In this document: one piece after another, positions 21,861 through 31,900 of the stretch | How positions within the stretch are numbered: the first letter of the stretch is position 1 | Layout: each line of letters opens with the position of its first letter | DNA from: an uncultured Methylomirabilota bacterium | GTDB taxonomy: Bacteria; Methylomirabilota; Methylomirabilia; Methylomirabilales; 2-02-FULL-66-22 | Reading direction: 5' to 3' | DNA: 64,000 nucleotides | Assembly: GCA_963705305.1 (NCBI GenBank) | Contig: OY970067.1 | Location: 4,032,001 to 4,096,000, forward strand | Program-made: the position numbers and the translations under genes | The notes under the pieces: model-generated | The model's input: only the letters and a program-made list of their open reading frames with translations | What the model was told of the DNA's origin: nothing | The model's database searches: none

Positions 21861-22922
21861 ATGCAAGGCGGTGACAACCTAAGAGGCAATGTGCAGACCG
21901 TACTCGGTCCCATTCCTCCTGAGAAACTCGGCGTCACCCTGCCTCACGAGCATGTTCTCATCGATGAGCGATGTATGTTCAGAACGAGAGGTGTAACGGA
22001 CGCGCCTCACGCGGTGGAAGAAGTTATCGCTTCCAATTTATACGAGCTGACATGTGACTGGAAATCTAGTCTGGACAATCTGGTCCTAGACGAGAAGTGT
22101 GTGACGGCCGACCTCGACCTGTTCCGAGTCGAGGGCGGCCAGGCGATCGTCGATGTGACGCCTCGCAATCTCGGACGGGATCCGCTTGGGCTCCAAAGAA
22201 TCGCAAGGTCGACCGGACTGAATATCATTATGGGAGCCGGATACTACGGGGGGGATACTCGGCCAGCTGACATCGAATCTAAGTCGGAGGAGGAGATCGC
22301 TGAGGACCTCGTGCGCGAGGTAAGGATGGGGGTCGGCGATACCGGCGTTCGGCCCGGCGTCATTGGCGAGATCGGTTGTTCCTGGCCGATCCGGACCGGA
22401 GAACGCAAGGTACTCCGAGGAGCCGCGCAGGCGGCCAAGCATACTGGGGCATGCCTGATGGTTCACCCCGGTCTCGATTCGAGTGCGCCCTTTGCCCACT
22501 TGAACGAGGTCGAGAAGGTCGGGCTGGATCCTGAGCGCGTGGTTATGGCGCACGTCGATCACATTCATCCTAGTCGATGTGACAAGGATTGGCTGGCCTC
22601 ACTTGCGGGGGCGGGATGTTTCCTTGCCTTCGATCATTTCGGGAAAGAAGTTTCGTATTATCCTGAGGAAAGCGAGTACGAGATGATCTCGGATGCGGAG
22701 CGCATTCGACGCATCCTGTGGCTGATGGAACGCGGACACGGGAAGCAGATTCATCTGTCTCACGATATTGCCCTGAAAGTTAAGCTGGTTCAATTCGGTG
22801 GATTTGGATACCGACACATTTTGAGACGAGTTGTGCCGAGGTTGAGGAGGCTGGGATTGTCAGACACGGATGTGAAACTGCTGATTGTAGAGAATCCCAT
22901 GAGAGCAATTACGTTTGGATGA
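21861..22922 (+). CDS. Phosphotriesterase-family amidohydrolase
   Basis: VQTVLGPI, TLPHEHV, GVIGEIG, VHPG, AHVD, LSHD. Confidence 0.9.
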   Translation: MQGGDNLRGNVQTVLGPIPPEKLGVTLPHEHVLIDERCMFRTRGVTDAPHAVEEVIASNLYELTCDWKSSLDNLVLDEKCVTADLDLFRVEGGQAIVDVTPRNLGRDPLGLQRIARSTGLNIIMGAGYYGGDTRPADIESKSEEEIAEDLVREVRMGVGDTGVRPGVIGEIGCSWPIRTGERKVLRGAAQAAKHTGACLMVHPGLDSSAPFAHLNEVEKVGLDPERVVMAHVDHIHPSRCDKDWLASLAGAGCFLAFDHFGKEVSYYPEESEYEMISDAERIRRILWLMERGHGKQIHLSHDIALKVKLVQFGGFGYRHILRRVVPRLRRLGLSDTDVKLLIVENPMRAITFG

Positions 22923-23252
22923 GCAGGGCGGTATAGGGGCTTCTCAGGGTTTGGCGGCGGAGACGGTCTGGGTCGTCAGGGTTAGGACCTGTAGAGGAAG
23001 TGCGAATGACCCATCCCGCGATTTTGTGGGGCGATACCCTTACAAACGTAGAGGTCCACACTCCAACCGAAGTCCGGAGACTACCCCATCACCATCGAGC
23101 TATAGCTTGGCATTCGGGCCGTACCGAGTCGCCTGATTTGCGTTTTCGGGATCGACAGCCACATATATGCCAGAGCTCGCTCCGGACGTAGTACCGTTTT
23201 ATCGAACCCGCAGCGCGCCTTCTGAAGCGAACGAATTTGGTGCACATCGGAA

Positions 23253-23608
23253 ATGACGACGCCCCCGAAACTTCAACTCCGGTCGATCTTCGACCTCCTG
23301 AAGGAGCGGTTCTTGGTTCCGTCGTACCAGCGGGGCTATAGGCGGCCCGCGCGGCAGGTCGAGGCGTTGCTCGACGATCTGGCGGCGTTTCAGTTGTCGT
23401 CGCGACAGAGCAACCCCAACACCTTCTACTGCCTGCAGCCGGTCGTCGTCCGTCGGCGCCCCGAGAACGAATGGGAACTTGTCGACGGGCAGCAGCGATT
23501 GACCACGATCTTCTTGATCCTGCGTGCGCTGCGCGATGTGGCGAAGATGCTCAGCCGAGACTGCTACGAGATTGCCTACCAGACGCGCGAAGGAAGCGCA
23601 GAGTTTCT
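23253..23608 (+). pseudogene. DUF262 (GmrS-like) N-terminal domain truncated by a transposable element
   Basis: VPSYQRGYR, YCLQPVVV, ELVDGQQRLTT. Confidence 0.85.
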
Positions 23609-23704
23609 TGGGCTAACAACCAGATCATGAGCAAAAGTCCGTGAGGAAAATGGGTGACACTCCGACACCGAGGTTCCCCGGGGGAACCGAAAGGAGTGTG
23701 ACCC

Positions 23705-25591
23705 ATGGAGAGGATCGGCAAGGCAGGAGGGAGGCGGAAGCAGAGCCGGGGGCCGCGGAAGGCAACGCGGCGGGCGGGTGGGGCGCACCCCCACGTCCAC
23801 CCGTTCGAGGTCCGGCGCAAAGCGGTGCAGCTCTGCCTGGAGGAAGGGTTCCCCCCCAAGCAGGTCGCCCGCGAACTCGGCGTCGGCTTCAGTACGCTCG
23901 GGGCGTGGGTGCGCCGGTATCGCGCCGAGGGGGAAGCGGGCCTGCAGGCGAAGCCGACACGGCCGCACCGGCAGCGCCCGAAAGTGGCCCCGGCGGTGAA
24001 GGCGGAGGTCGTCGCCCTCAAGCGGCGCCACCCCGAGGCGGGGATCCAGAAGATCAGCCAGTTCCTGCGGCGCGTGCTGTGCCTGCCGGTGAGCCGGGAG
24101 ACGGTGCGCCGCACCCTGCACGCGCACCAGCTCCTCAAGAAGCCACGCCCCAAACCCCAGCGGAACCCGGCCCGACCGCGCTTCTTCGAGCGCGCCACGC
24201 CGAACCAGCTCTGGCAGACCGACATCTTCACCTTCCGCCTGGGCGGCAAGAACGCTTACCTGATCGGCTTCCTCGACGACCACTCCCGCTACGTGGTGGG
24301 GCTGGACGTCTTCCGCAGCCAGACGGCGGAGCACGTCCTGGAAGTGTACCGCCGGGCGGTGGCGGAGTACGGGGTCCCCAAGGAGCTGCTCTCCGACCAG
24401 GGCCGGCAGTTCTCCAGCTGGCGCGGGACCACCCGGTTCGAGGCGGAGCTCCGGAAGGATCGGGTGCACCACATCAAGAGCCGCCCGCACCACCCCATGA
24501 CCCTGGGCAAGCTGGAGCGCTTCTGGAAGACGATCTGGGAGGAGTTCCTGGCGCGCGCCCAGTTCGAGAGCTTCGAGGCGGCCGGCGAGCGGATCCGGCT
24601 CTGGGGGACGCACGACAACCACCGGCGGCCCCACCAGGCCCTGGAGGGGCTCTGCCCGGCGGATCGCTTCTTCGGCATCGCCCAGGAGCTCCGGCAGGTG
24701 ATCGAGCGGGGCATCCAGGAGAACGTGCTCGAGCTCGCGCTCCGCGGGCAGCCCCAGAGCCCCTTCTACATGGTGGGCCGGCTGGGCGAGCAGTCGGTGG
24801 TGATCCGGGCGGAGAAGGGCCGCGTGAAGATGCTCGTCGATGGCGAGGAATCGCGACCACAGCAGGAGGTGACCTACGACCTGGAAGGAGGGGCCCGTGA
24901 GCACGGAAATCCCAGCCAAACCGGACCCGCTGCGATACAATGCCCAGCAGCGCGTGCAGGCGGTGCTGTCGCTCTGGACCGAGCGGCGGCGCCCGGGGGA
25001 GGTCTGCCAGGAGCTGGCGATCAGCCCGAAGGTGCTCGCCCAGTGGGAACAGCGGGCGCTAGCAGCGATGCTCCAGGCGCTGGCGGCGCCGACGCGCCGC
25101 GACCCGGGCCCCGCGCTGAGCCCGAAGCTGGAGCGCCTGCTCGCGCGGCAAGCCCTGCAGCAGCAGAGCCGCCTGGCCCGACTGGAGCAGCGGCTCACCA
25201 AGCTCCAGGAATCGAAAGCCCCACCGCCGCCCACCAAGTAGAGAAGGCCCGCGGGGCGGGAGGACGCGATGCGCGAGCCGACGGCCAGTCCCCACCAGCA
25301 AGCCCTGGCCCGGCAACGGGCGCAGCTGATCATGCAGGCGCGGAGCGGGGTGGTGAGTGCCCAGGAAGCCGCCCGGCAGCTGGGGGTCTCCCGCAAGACG
25401 GACTCCAAGTGGGAGCGCCGGGCCCTGGCGGCGATGGTCGCGGCCCTGGGCAACCGGGGCCAGGGGCGGTCGGCGCAGCCGCACGACCTGGAGAAGGCGG
25501 CCCTCCGACGCCAGACCCAGGAGCTGCAGGCCCAGCTCACCGTCCTGCAGCAGACGGAGCGGCTCCGGCAGGTGCTCGCGCAGCCGGATAA
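23705..25591 (+). CDS. IS481-like transposase (HTH + rve) with a low-complexity C-terminal read-through
   Basis: PNQLWQTD, FLDDHSRY, LSDQGRQF, GKLERFWKT, RPHQAL; conserved-looking part ends near 24900. Confidence 0.85.
   Translation: MERIGKAGGRRKQSRGPRKATRRAGGAHPHVHPFEVRRKAVQLCLEEGFPPKQVARELGVGFSTLGAWVRRYRAEGEAGLQAKPTRPHRQRPKVAPAVKAEVVALKRRHPEAGIQKISQFLRRVLCLPVSRETVRRTLHAHQLLKKPRPKPQRNPARPRFFERATPNQLWQTDIFTFRLGGKNAYLIGFLDDHSRYVVGLDVFRSQTAEHVLEVYRRAVAEYGVPKELLSDQGRQFSSWRGTTRFEAELRKDRVHHIKSRPHHPMTLGKLERFWKTIWEEFLARAQFESFEAAGERIRLWGTHDNHRRPHQALEGLCPADRFFGIAQELRQVIERGIQENVLELALRGQPQSPFYMVGRLGEQSVVIRAEKGRVKMLVDGEESRPQQEVTYDLEGGAREHGNPSQTGPAAIQCPAARAGGAVALDRAAAPGGGLPGAGDQPEGARPVGTAGASSDAPGAGGADAPRPGPRAEPEAGAPARAASPAAAEPPGPTGAAAHQAPGIESPTAAHQVEKARGAGGRDARADGQSPPASPGPATGAADHAGAERGGECPGSRPAAGGLPQDGLQVGAPGPGGDGRGPGQPGPGAVGAAARPGEGGPPTPDPGAAGPAHRPAADGAAPAGARAAG
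24897..25241 (+). CDS. Small HTH/coiled-coil accessory protein
   Basis: GGAGG RBS, AVLSLW..RR..EVCQELAI...L.QWEQRA, coiled-coil C-terminus. Confidence 0.65.
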   Translation: MSTEIPAKPDPLRYNAQQRVQAVLSLWTERRRPGEVCQELAISPKVLAQWEQRALAAMLQALAAPTRRDPGPALSPKLERLLARQALQQQSRLARLEQRLTKLQESKAPPPPTK

Positions 25592-25604
25592 AAAAAACCC
25601 CTGA
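25269..25604 (+). CDS. Small HTH/coiled-coil protein (OrfA-like)
   Basis: SAQEAARQLGVSRKT..KWERRA; ends in an A8 run. Confidence 0.7.
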   Translation: MREPTASPHQQALARQRAQLIMQARSGVVSAQEAARQLGVSRKTDSKWERRALAAMVAALGNRGQGRSAQPHDLEKAALRRQTQELQAQLTVLQQTERLRQVLAQPDKKNP

Positions 25605-25614
25605 GGTGGCCGCG

Positions 25615-26679
25615 ATGCTGATCCCGACCTTCACCCAGCTGAAGCACGACGTGCGCTGGCCCTACGAGCGCCTCTGCCGGGTCCTGGGGGTGCCCTATGG
25701 GACCGTCCGGCGGTGGAAGCAGCGCCTGGCGCAGGGCCAGCCAGCCCGGTTCCCGCCGGGGCCCAAGAAGGTGGCGCCGCTGCGCCTGGACGAACTGCGC
25801 GGGACCGTGGCCCGCCTGGACCACGGCCGCCGGCGCAGCCGAGGCGTCGGGGCGGTGTACCGGCAGTTCCACCCGCAGGTCTCCCGCCGCACGCTGCAGG
25901 CGCTGACCGAGACGCTGCGGCGGCAGCGGGCCCAGCAGTGCCAGGCGGCACTCTGCCACATCACCTGGCAGGTGCCCGGGTTAGTCTGGTCGCTGGACGA
26001 CGCGGAGCTGGCGCGAGGGAGTTCGCCTCTCCTGCGCCTCCATCAAGCGCAGGATCTCGCCTCGCGCTATAAGTTCACACCCTGGGTGGGAGAGCGAATC
26101 TTCGGAGAATCCGTGGCTGCTCGGCTGGAACACCTGTTCTTGCAGTATGGACCGCCGCTGGTGCTCAAGCGCGACAACGGCTCCAATCTCAATCAGCACG
26201 CGGTCGAGGAGGTGCTGGCCCGGTACGGGGTCCTGCCGCTGAACTCGCCTCCCCATTACCCGCCCGACACCGGCGGGATGGAGCGCGCGGTGCGGGAACT
26301 CAAGACGCCGCTGGTGGCGAAGCTCCGCGCCAGCGGTCCGATCCCGGAGTCCCAAGTGCAGAGCTGGGCGGCCCTCTTGGCGCATGACCTGAACCATCGC
26401 CGCCGTCGCTCTCTCCAGGGGGACGTGGCCTGCCGGGTGTTTCAGGATGCCAGGCCAGCCCTGCAGGCGTATACTCGTCGCAAGCGACGGGAGGTCTTCG
26501 AGGAGATCAACGAACTGACCCGGACGCTCATGGAGGCCCAGACGGATTGCACCCCCCGTCACGCCGGAACGGCCCGGCGGCTGGCGGTGGAAGCCTGGTT
26601 ACAAAAACACGGGGTCATAAGCATCACTCAGAACCACAGAGTGTTACCCATTTCCCTCGAAGAAATCGCTCATAATTAG
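25615..26679 (+). CDS. Second integrase-core (DDE) transposase
   Basis: VWSLDD, QDLASRYK, LKRDNGSN, MERAVRELK, LNHRRRRSL. Confidence 0.8.
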   Translation: MLIPTFTQLKHDVRWPYERLCRVLGVPYGTVRRWKQRLAQGQPARFPPGPKKVAPLRLDELRGTVARLDHGRRRSRGVGAVYRQFHPQVSRRTLQALTETLRRQRAQQCQAALCHITWQVPGLVWSLDDAELARGSSPLLRLHQAQDLASRYKFTPWVGERIFGESVAARLEHLFLQYGPPLVLKRDNGSNLNQHAVEEVLARYGVLPLNSPPHYPPDTGGMERAVRELKTPLVAKLRASGPIPESQVQSWAALLAHDLNHRRRRSLQGDVACRVFQDARPALQAYTRRKRREVFEEINELTRTLMEAQTDCTPRHAGTARRLAVEAWLQKHGVISITQNHRVLPISLEEIAHN

Positions 26680-26723
26680 GTTGGCCCCACACACCCCTCG
26701 GCGAGCGGGAACGCGACCCGCTC

Positions 26724-27074
26724 GTGTGCTATATCTCGGAAATGCCTGGCCTGGTAGCCGCCCGGGAGATACTCGGTCCCAACCGTGGCCCGGTGGTGTG
26801 GGGGTGCCCAGAGGACTTCGCCGGTTTTCCGACCGCCGATAGTGAGCTCGTCTACCATGTGGAGCTGCGTTCGATGTTTGTGGATGTCGCCGTGAAGACC
26901 GAATCCCAGGACATGGTCACGAAACATCCCATCAGTTCCAACGAGAGGTACCTGCTTCACCACGATGAGACCATAATGGGGCCGCTGTTTGCCCGTGGGG
27001 CCCGACACCAGTGGAAGTGGGATGGTGAGCGCCTCTCGTTACTGGAGGAGGGGTGGTCGACATGGGTGTCGTGA
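26724..27074 (+). CDS. Hypothetical protein (possibly a 3' remnant)
   Basis: 116-aa ORF with protein-like composition, immediately after the element end. Confidence 0.35.
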   Translation: MCYISEMPGLVAAREILGPNRGPVVWGCPEDFAGFPTADSELVYHVELRSMFVDVAVKTESQDMVTKHPISSNERYLLHHDETIMGPLFARGARHQWKWDGERLSLLEEGWSTWVS

Positions 27075-27563
27075 GGGTCGCCGAACCGATGGGCAGGGCG
27101 GCGTAAACAACCGTCCCGGTCAAAGTGGGCATAAACAACCGAGGAGTTGTTTATGGGGAAGACGAGGGTCCGAATCCCCACGGGGTCTGAATCCTGGTAG
27201 GACAGGGCCCCACTTTTGAGATTCGGGGCAAGACTCTCGCTGCATAGACTGGTAGGAGGACCCCTTGGGGGGAATTTCTAAGCATGGCGCGCGTCAGCGT
27301 GAGGGTTGGTATGGGGGGGCGCACCGCGCATTGAGGAAAATTCATTTACGGACGGCCGCTTCAGTAATTGATAGCAATGAAAGCGATCAACAGAGCCATA
27401 TCCCGCAGTCCCCAGAACTGCTCTCGGAGAAAGCTGCTTGCATTTGGCTCTTACGACAAACTCCCCCGATGATGTTTGCTTACACTTCGATCTGTTTGCA
27501 CATGAGGACGAAACTGTGTGCGCGAAACCTCGACGTGGATTTCGTGGGAGCATGAAGGTACAG

Positions 27564-28889
27564 TCATTCCGCACCTTTCAGCCCGTTGCGAATTTCGGCC
27601 ACAGCTTGCCGAATTGCCGCCCTGAGGTCACCACGGTCTTTGTCTGTAAGTTCCTGGAACGGCACGTACTGTTGTGTCTCCGTATTGGGGATGCCATCTA
27701 GCGCAAATCGCTTGTTGATCCTGTGCAGAGCTTGCCAGAAGTTCGAGGCGATGTGGGCCGCGGTAGTCTGGTCCATTTTCATGTTCGCAAGCCTGGTCGG
27801 AAGATACCGCGCGTTGAAGACCCCGCCGTCCTTCCCAAATCCGAGCAGGCTGGCACTTCTCGCTTCCTCTGCTGGATCGGGAAACTTGAGCATCAACGAC
27901 GCGGTAGCGAAGGTGGTTTCGAGACCGAGTTCTTGGCGGAGGTCAGTGTAGAGCGTCCGGATTGCCTTTGTATTGTCGTCTCCAATAGCTCCTTTGAGGG
28001 CGGCAAGGAAGACTTCTTCAGTCAAGGCCTGTTTCGATACCCCAGGTCCGGTTGGAGAAACCATGGATTTCGATTCCACACGCAACTGCTCCTGCAAGCC
28101 CGTCGCATACTCGATTCGGATATACGCACGCTGGACGGGTTCGACCTCCTGCACGATCTCTGGAACGACGAGGAGTCCTTTCTGGCCGGGCATGTTGTAG
28201 CAGCGAAGTGCGACTAGCCCGATCGAGTAACGCAGGTGAGAGGAATTCTCGCACAAGTAATCAACCAACTGCTGCAGCTGGGTCGTGATACCATCCCCCA
28301 CGATTATTGAGATGATGTCCCCCACATGCAAGGCCGCATTGACGGTATCTGTAAGGTCATCTTCCGCGATCTCATCACCAGCCAGGTCTGCGATCGCTGC
28401 CGCTAGAGAGAGGCCCCGCTTTTTCTCGGCCAAGAAGCACTTTTCGGACTTTACAAAGTCACGCCACGTCGTTTCAAGCCACGCAAAATCCAACGTGGCA
28501 AGCTCTCTCGTGTACTCGACGACCTGGCCAAACACATATCGACGGGCCTCGGCATTGCGCCAGAGCTTTGCCTCGACCACGACGGGATACCCGCTGGTGC
28601 TGAGGTAGAGATTGTCGATTGCATTGCCGCTCGGCAGCGGCACCTCCCGGCCAATGCAGAGCAGGTCCTCGGCATCGGCGCGCAGGAACTTTACCGGGAG
28701 CAGGGCGGGGTGCACCGCGAGCAATTCCTTGATGAAGGATTCATCGAATTGATCGTGGGCCTTGGGAACCCGGGTTAGCAGATGCCGAGTATATTGCTCG
28801 AACCTCGCTCCGGTCGATGCGGCGTTGGCCCCCGTCTTGGCATTATCATCAAGCGTGAGGAGTACAGGGTCTGCGGCCTGCCTGGGCAT
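27564..28889 (-). CDS. PD-(D/E)XK endonuclease domain protein (NucS/DUF91-like)
   Basis: GREVPL..G.IDNLYL...G.PVVVEAKL..N.EARR.VFGQVVEY. Confidence 0.75.
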   Translation of the reverse strand: MPRQAADPVLLTLDDNAKTGANAASTGARFEQYTRHLLTRVPKAHDQFDESFIKELLAVHPALLPVKFLRADAEDLLCIGREVPLPSGNAIDNLYLSTSGYPVVVEAKLWRNAEARRYVFGQVVEYTRELATLDFAWLETTWRDFVKSEKCFLAEKKRGLSLAAAIADLAGDEIAEDDLTDTVNAALHVGDIISIIVGDGITTQLQQLVDYLCENSSHLRYSIGLVALRCYNMPGQKGLLVVPEIVQEVEPVQRAYIRIEYATGLQEQLRVESKSMVSPTGPGVSKQALTEEVFLAALKGAIGDDNTKAIRTLYTDLRQELGLETTFATASLMLKFPDPAEEARSASLLGFGKDGGVFNARYLPTRLANMKMDQTTAAHIASNFWQALHRINKRFALDGIPNTETQQYVPFQELTDKDRGDLRAAIRQAVAEIRNGLKGAE

Positions 28890-28975
28890 TGGTGTCTCCT
28901 AATAATGTTGGACTCACCACGTAGCGGCCCCCTTCAAACTTCAAGGAATCGGGTCCTCGCCCAGATTTGAAGCGC

Positions 28976-31900
28976 CTATTCCTCTATTAGATTCCGTGTG
29001 CATTGGCCTGCCCGGACCGAAAAGAGGCCGGCATACTTCACCGGGGCCCCGGTGAGCGCTGCCCACTGCTTGGCATACTGGCGGACCTGATTCCCGTAGA
29101 GCGCGACGAGCGTCACGGCATCCACCTGATCCGTCTTGTAGTCCACCAACCCCCAGCCATCGGCGGACCGGAACGCGAGGTCAATGACCCCGTGGAGGAT
29201 GGACGGCGGTCCATCGCCATTGGATACCTTCACGGCGAAAGGCACCTCGACCAGGCGCTCCTCGGCGGCCATGGCGCGGCGCCAGAGATCGGAGGCCATC
29301 ACGCGCTCCTCGGTGTCGAGCGCCTCGGGGATCACCGGCTGCAGCTCCGCTTGCTCCACGGTAAACCAACGCGCAAGGCGCTCCAGGTGAGCGCGGTCGC
29401 AGTGCGGACCTCGGAGGGCCTGCTCCAGGAGGGCGTGGACCAGGTGGCCCCAGGCCATGCCGGTATCCGGCTCGCGACTGTGCCCCGCCTCCGGGGGCTG
29501 CGCAGGTCTGGCCCCCCGATGAGCAGTCCCGGTGACCGATTCGACTCGCCAGGACGGCGTAGCCGCCTGTCTCAGTCCTTCCTCACGGGCGGTCTGGGCA
29601 GCCATTCGAGCCTGGGGGCCGAGATCGCCCACCTGTGCGGGCGGCGCAGCGACCGCACCAGGGATCGCAAGGAGCGTGGCGTCCTTGAGGTACGGGGCCA
29701 GCGGCTCCCAGGGACACGTGGCCCGCCCGCCCGCGCTCCCGTAGCGGCTGATGACCAAGAGTTCCTTGGCTCGCGTCGCGGCAACGTAGAGGAGGCGGTG
29801 CTCCTCGGCGGTCACGTAGGCAAGCTCCGCGGCCTCATGCTCGGCCCAGCCTTTCGGGACAGCCAGCAACTTACGCCGCCAGTCGCCGACCGGTCGCGTG
29901 ATCGGGAGGAAGCCCACCGCCCGGATGCCATCCCGGAGGATCCGGGCGTCGGCCCGGGCCTTCACACCGCCGAGGGGGTCGGCCAGGAAGACAGTAGAGG
30001 CTTCCAGTCCCTTGGCCTTGTGGAGGTTCATGATCCGGACCACGTTCCGCCGTCCGGGTTCGAGCGGCACGGCATCGATGTCGGTGGATTCGATGTCCTC
30101 CTCCAGGGCGAGGGCGGCGTCGGCGAGGCTGCCCCCGGTCTCGGTGATCTGGCGCACGCGGTCCACCGCGTGGAGGAGGTTCCCCGTCGCCCCGCCGCCC
30201 AAAGTCGCCGTGGCGGCCTTGGCCAGGAGGCCGGTCTCCTCCAGCGCGCGCTCGACCGCGGCAGGCGCGGGCAGGCTTCGGGTCCACCGGAACATCGCCT
30301 GGAGGGCCCGGAGCGCCTCGGCCACCGGACCGGTCGCCCCCTCCGGCAGGGGTGCAGTCAGCAGCAAGCTTAATCCCACATCGCGGTGGCGGAAAAGCGC
30401 CTCGTCGCTCAGACCGAAGAGCGCCCCCCGAAGCACGCCGACCAGGGCCGTCGCGTCCCCCGCATCGCTCAGGGCCTGGAGGAGATTGGCGAGCACCCGC
30501 ACGCCTGGGGACTCCGCAAAGGCGGCCCCGCCGCTCACCTCCACGGGGACCTGCAGCGCCTCCAGGGCCCGGGCGTAGACGGGGAGCTGCTGCTTCTTCC
30601 GGGTCAGGATGAGAAAGTCCCCCCACTGGCCCTTGCCGCCCAGCACTGCCTTGTGGATGAACCGGGCGATCGCCTTCGCCTCGGCAAGGACCATATCCGC
30701 CCGGGGGCCGGTCCCTGGAATGTCCAGGATGCGGAGGCCAGTGGTCGCTGGATCGCCCTTGGCTCGATTGGGATCGGGATCCAGGCCGCCGAAGGCCGGC
30801 TGCTCCTGGGTCGCGGTGTCCGGGAAGAAGTTGGGGAAGACCCCGTTGCCCCACGTGCAGAGGGCGGGATCGGCCCTGAAGGAGGTCGTCAGGGGGATCA
30901 CCTGCCCGCCGGAGTCCTCGATGAGCTGGCGGACGCGGGTGTAGGTGTCGATGTCGGCCCGGCGGAACCGGTAGATGGACTGCTTCGGGTCCCCCACGAT
31001 GAAGAGGGCTCCCGGGCGAAGCGGGACGCGGGTCCAGTCGCGCTCCGCCGCCCCGGCGGCCGCTAGGAAGAAGATGACCTCGGCCTGGATCGGATCGGTG
31101 TCCTGGAACTCGTCCACGAAGAGCCACCGGTACTTCTGCTGGAGCGCGGTGCGGACCTCGGGCTTCTCCCGCAAGAGGTGGGCGGCCCGCTCCAGGAGAT
31201 CCCCGTAGTTCAGGGCAACGGCCCGCGCCCGCGCCTGTGCTGCGAACTCCCGACCCCCGCAGAGCAAGGTCATGGCCAGCCGATACACATACTGGCGCCA
31301 GTTCGCCAGGAACGGGGTGACGGTCTCCACCTGGAAGCGCTGAACGAGTGTCGCGACCTTCTCCGCCGCCGCCTTCTTCTGCTTGGGATCGGGATGCCAC
31401 CACTTCTGCGTGGCCTTGAATCCCCCCTCCCAGTCGGCGAGCAGATCCGCTAGGCCGCCCGGCCGGGAGCGGTCGGCCACCCGGAGCCGGCCACTGAATC
31501 CCTGCATGGTCTGCTGGATCGGGCAGGTGGTCTCTGGTTCGATTGGCCCGGGAAGGCAGCCATTGAGCGCCGTCCAGAACCGATCAAGGGCCTGCCACGC
31601 CGGGGCCGGATCCGGCGCCGTCCCCTCGCCCGGCGGGAACTCGATCTCCGCATAGGTGCACACGATCCGGAAGGCGCCATCCAGGTCCGGCGGCCTGACG
31701 CCCGCGTCGAGGAGATCACGGAGGGTGGGCGAGCCTGCCGCGCGCTCGCGGTCGAGATACAGGCGCCAGGCGCGCTCGCGCTGCTCCTGGTCGGCCGTCT
31801 CGTCCAGCTCCGTGAAGCCGGGCGCGACGCCGGCCTCCACGGGGCGTTCCCGGAGCAGGTGGGCGCAGAAGGCGTGGATCGTGCCGGCAAACAGCCGCTC

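Larger units (their letters stand above)
23609..26691 (+). mobile_element. Four-ORF element with two DDE transposases (IS481-like ends)
   Basis: Imperfect IRs of about 50 bp sharing CAACC..AT.ATGAGC and AAATGGGT.ACAC; right end reads TGT on minus, left end TGG; no target duplication. Confidence 0.75.
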
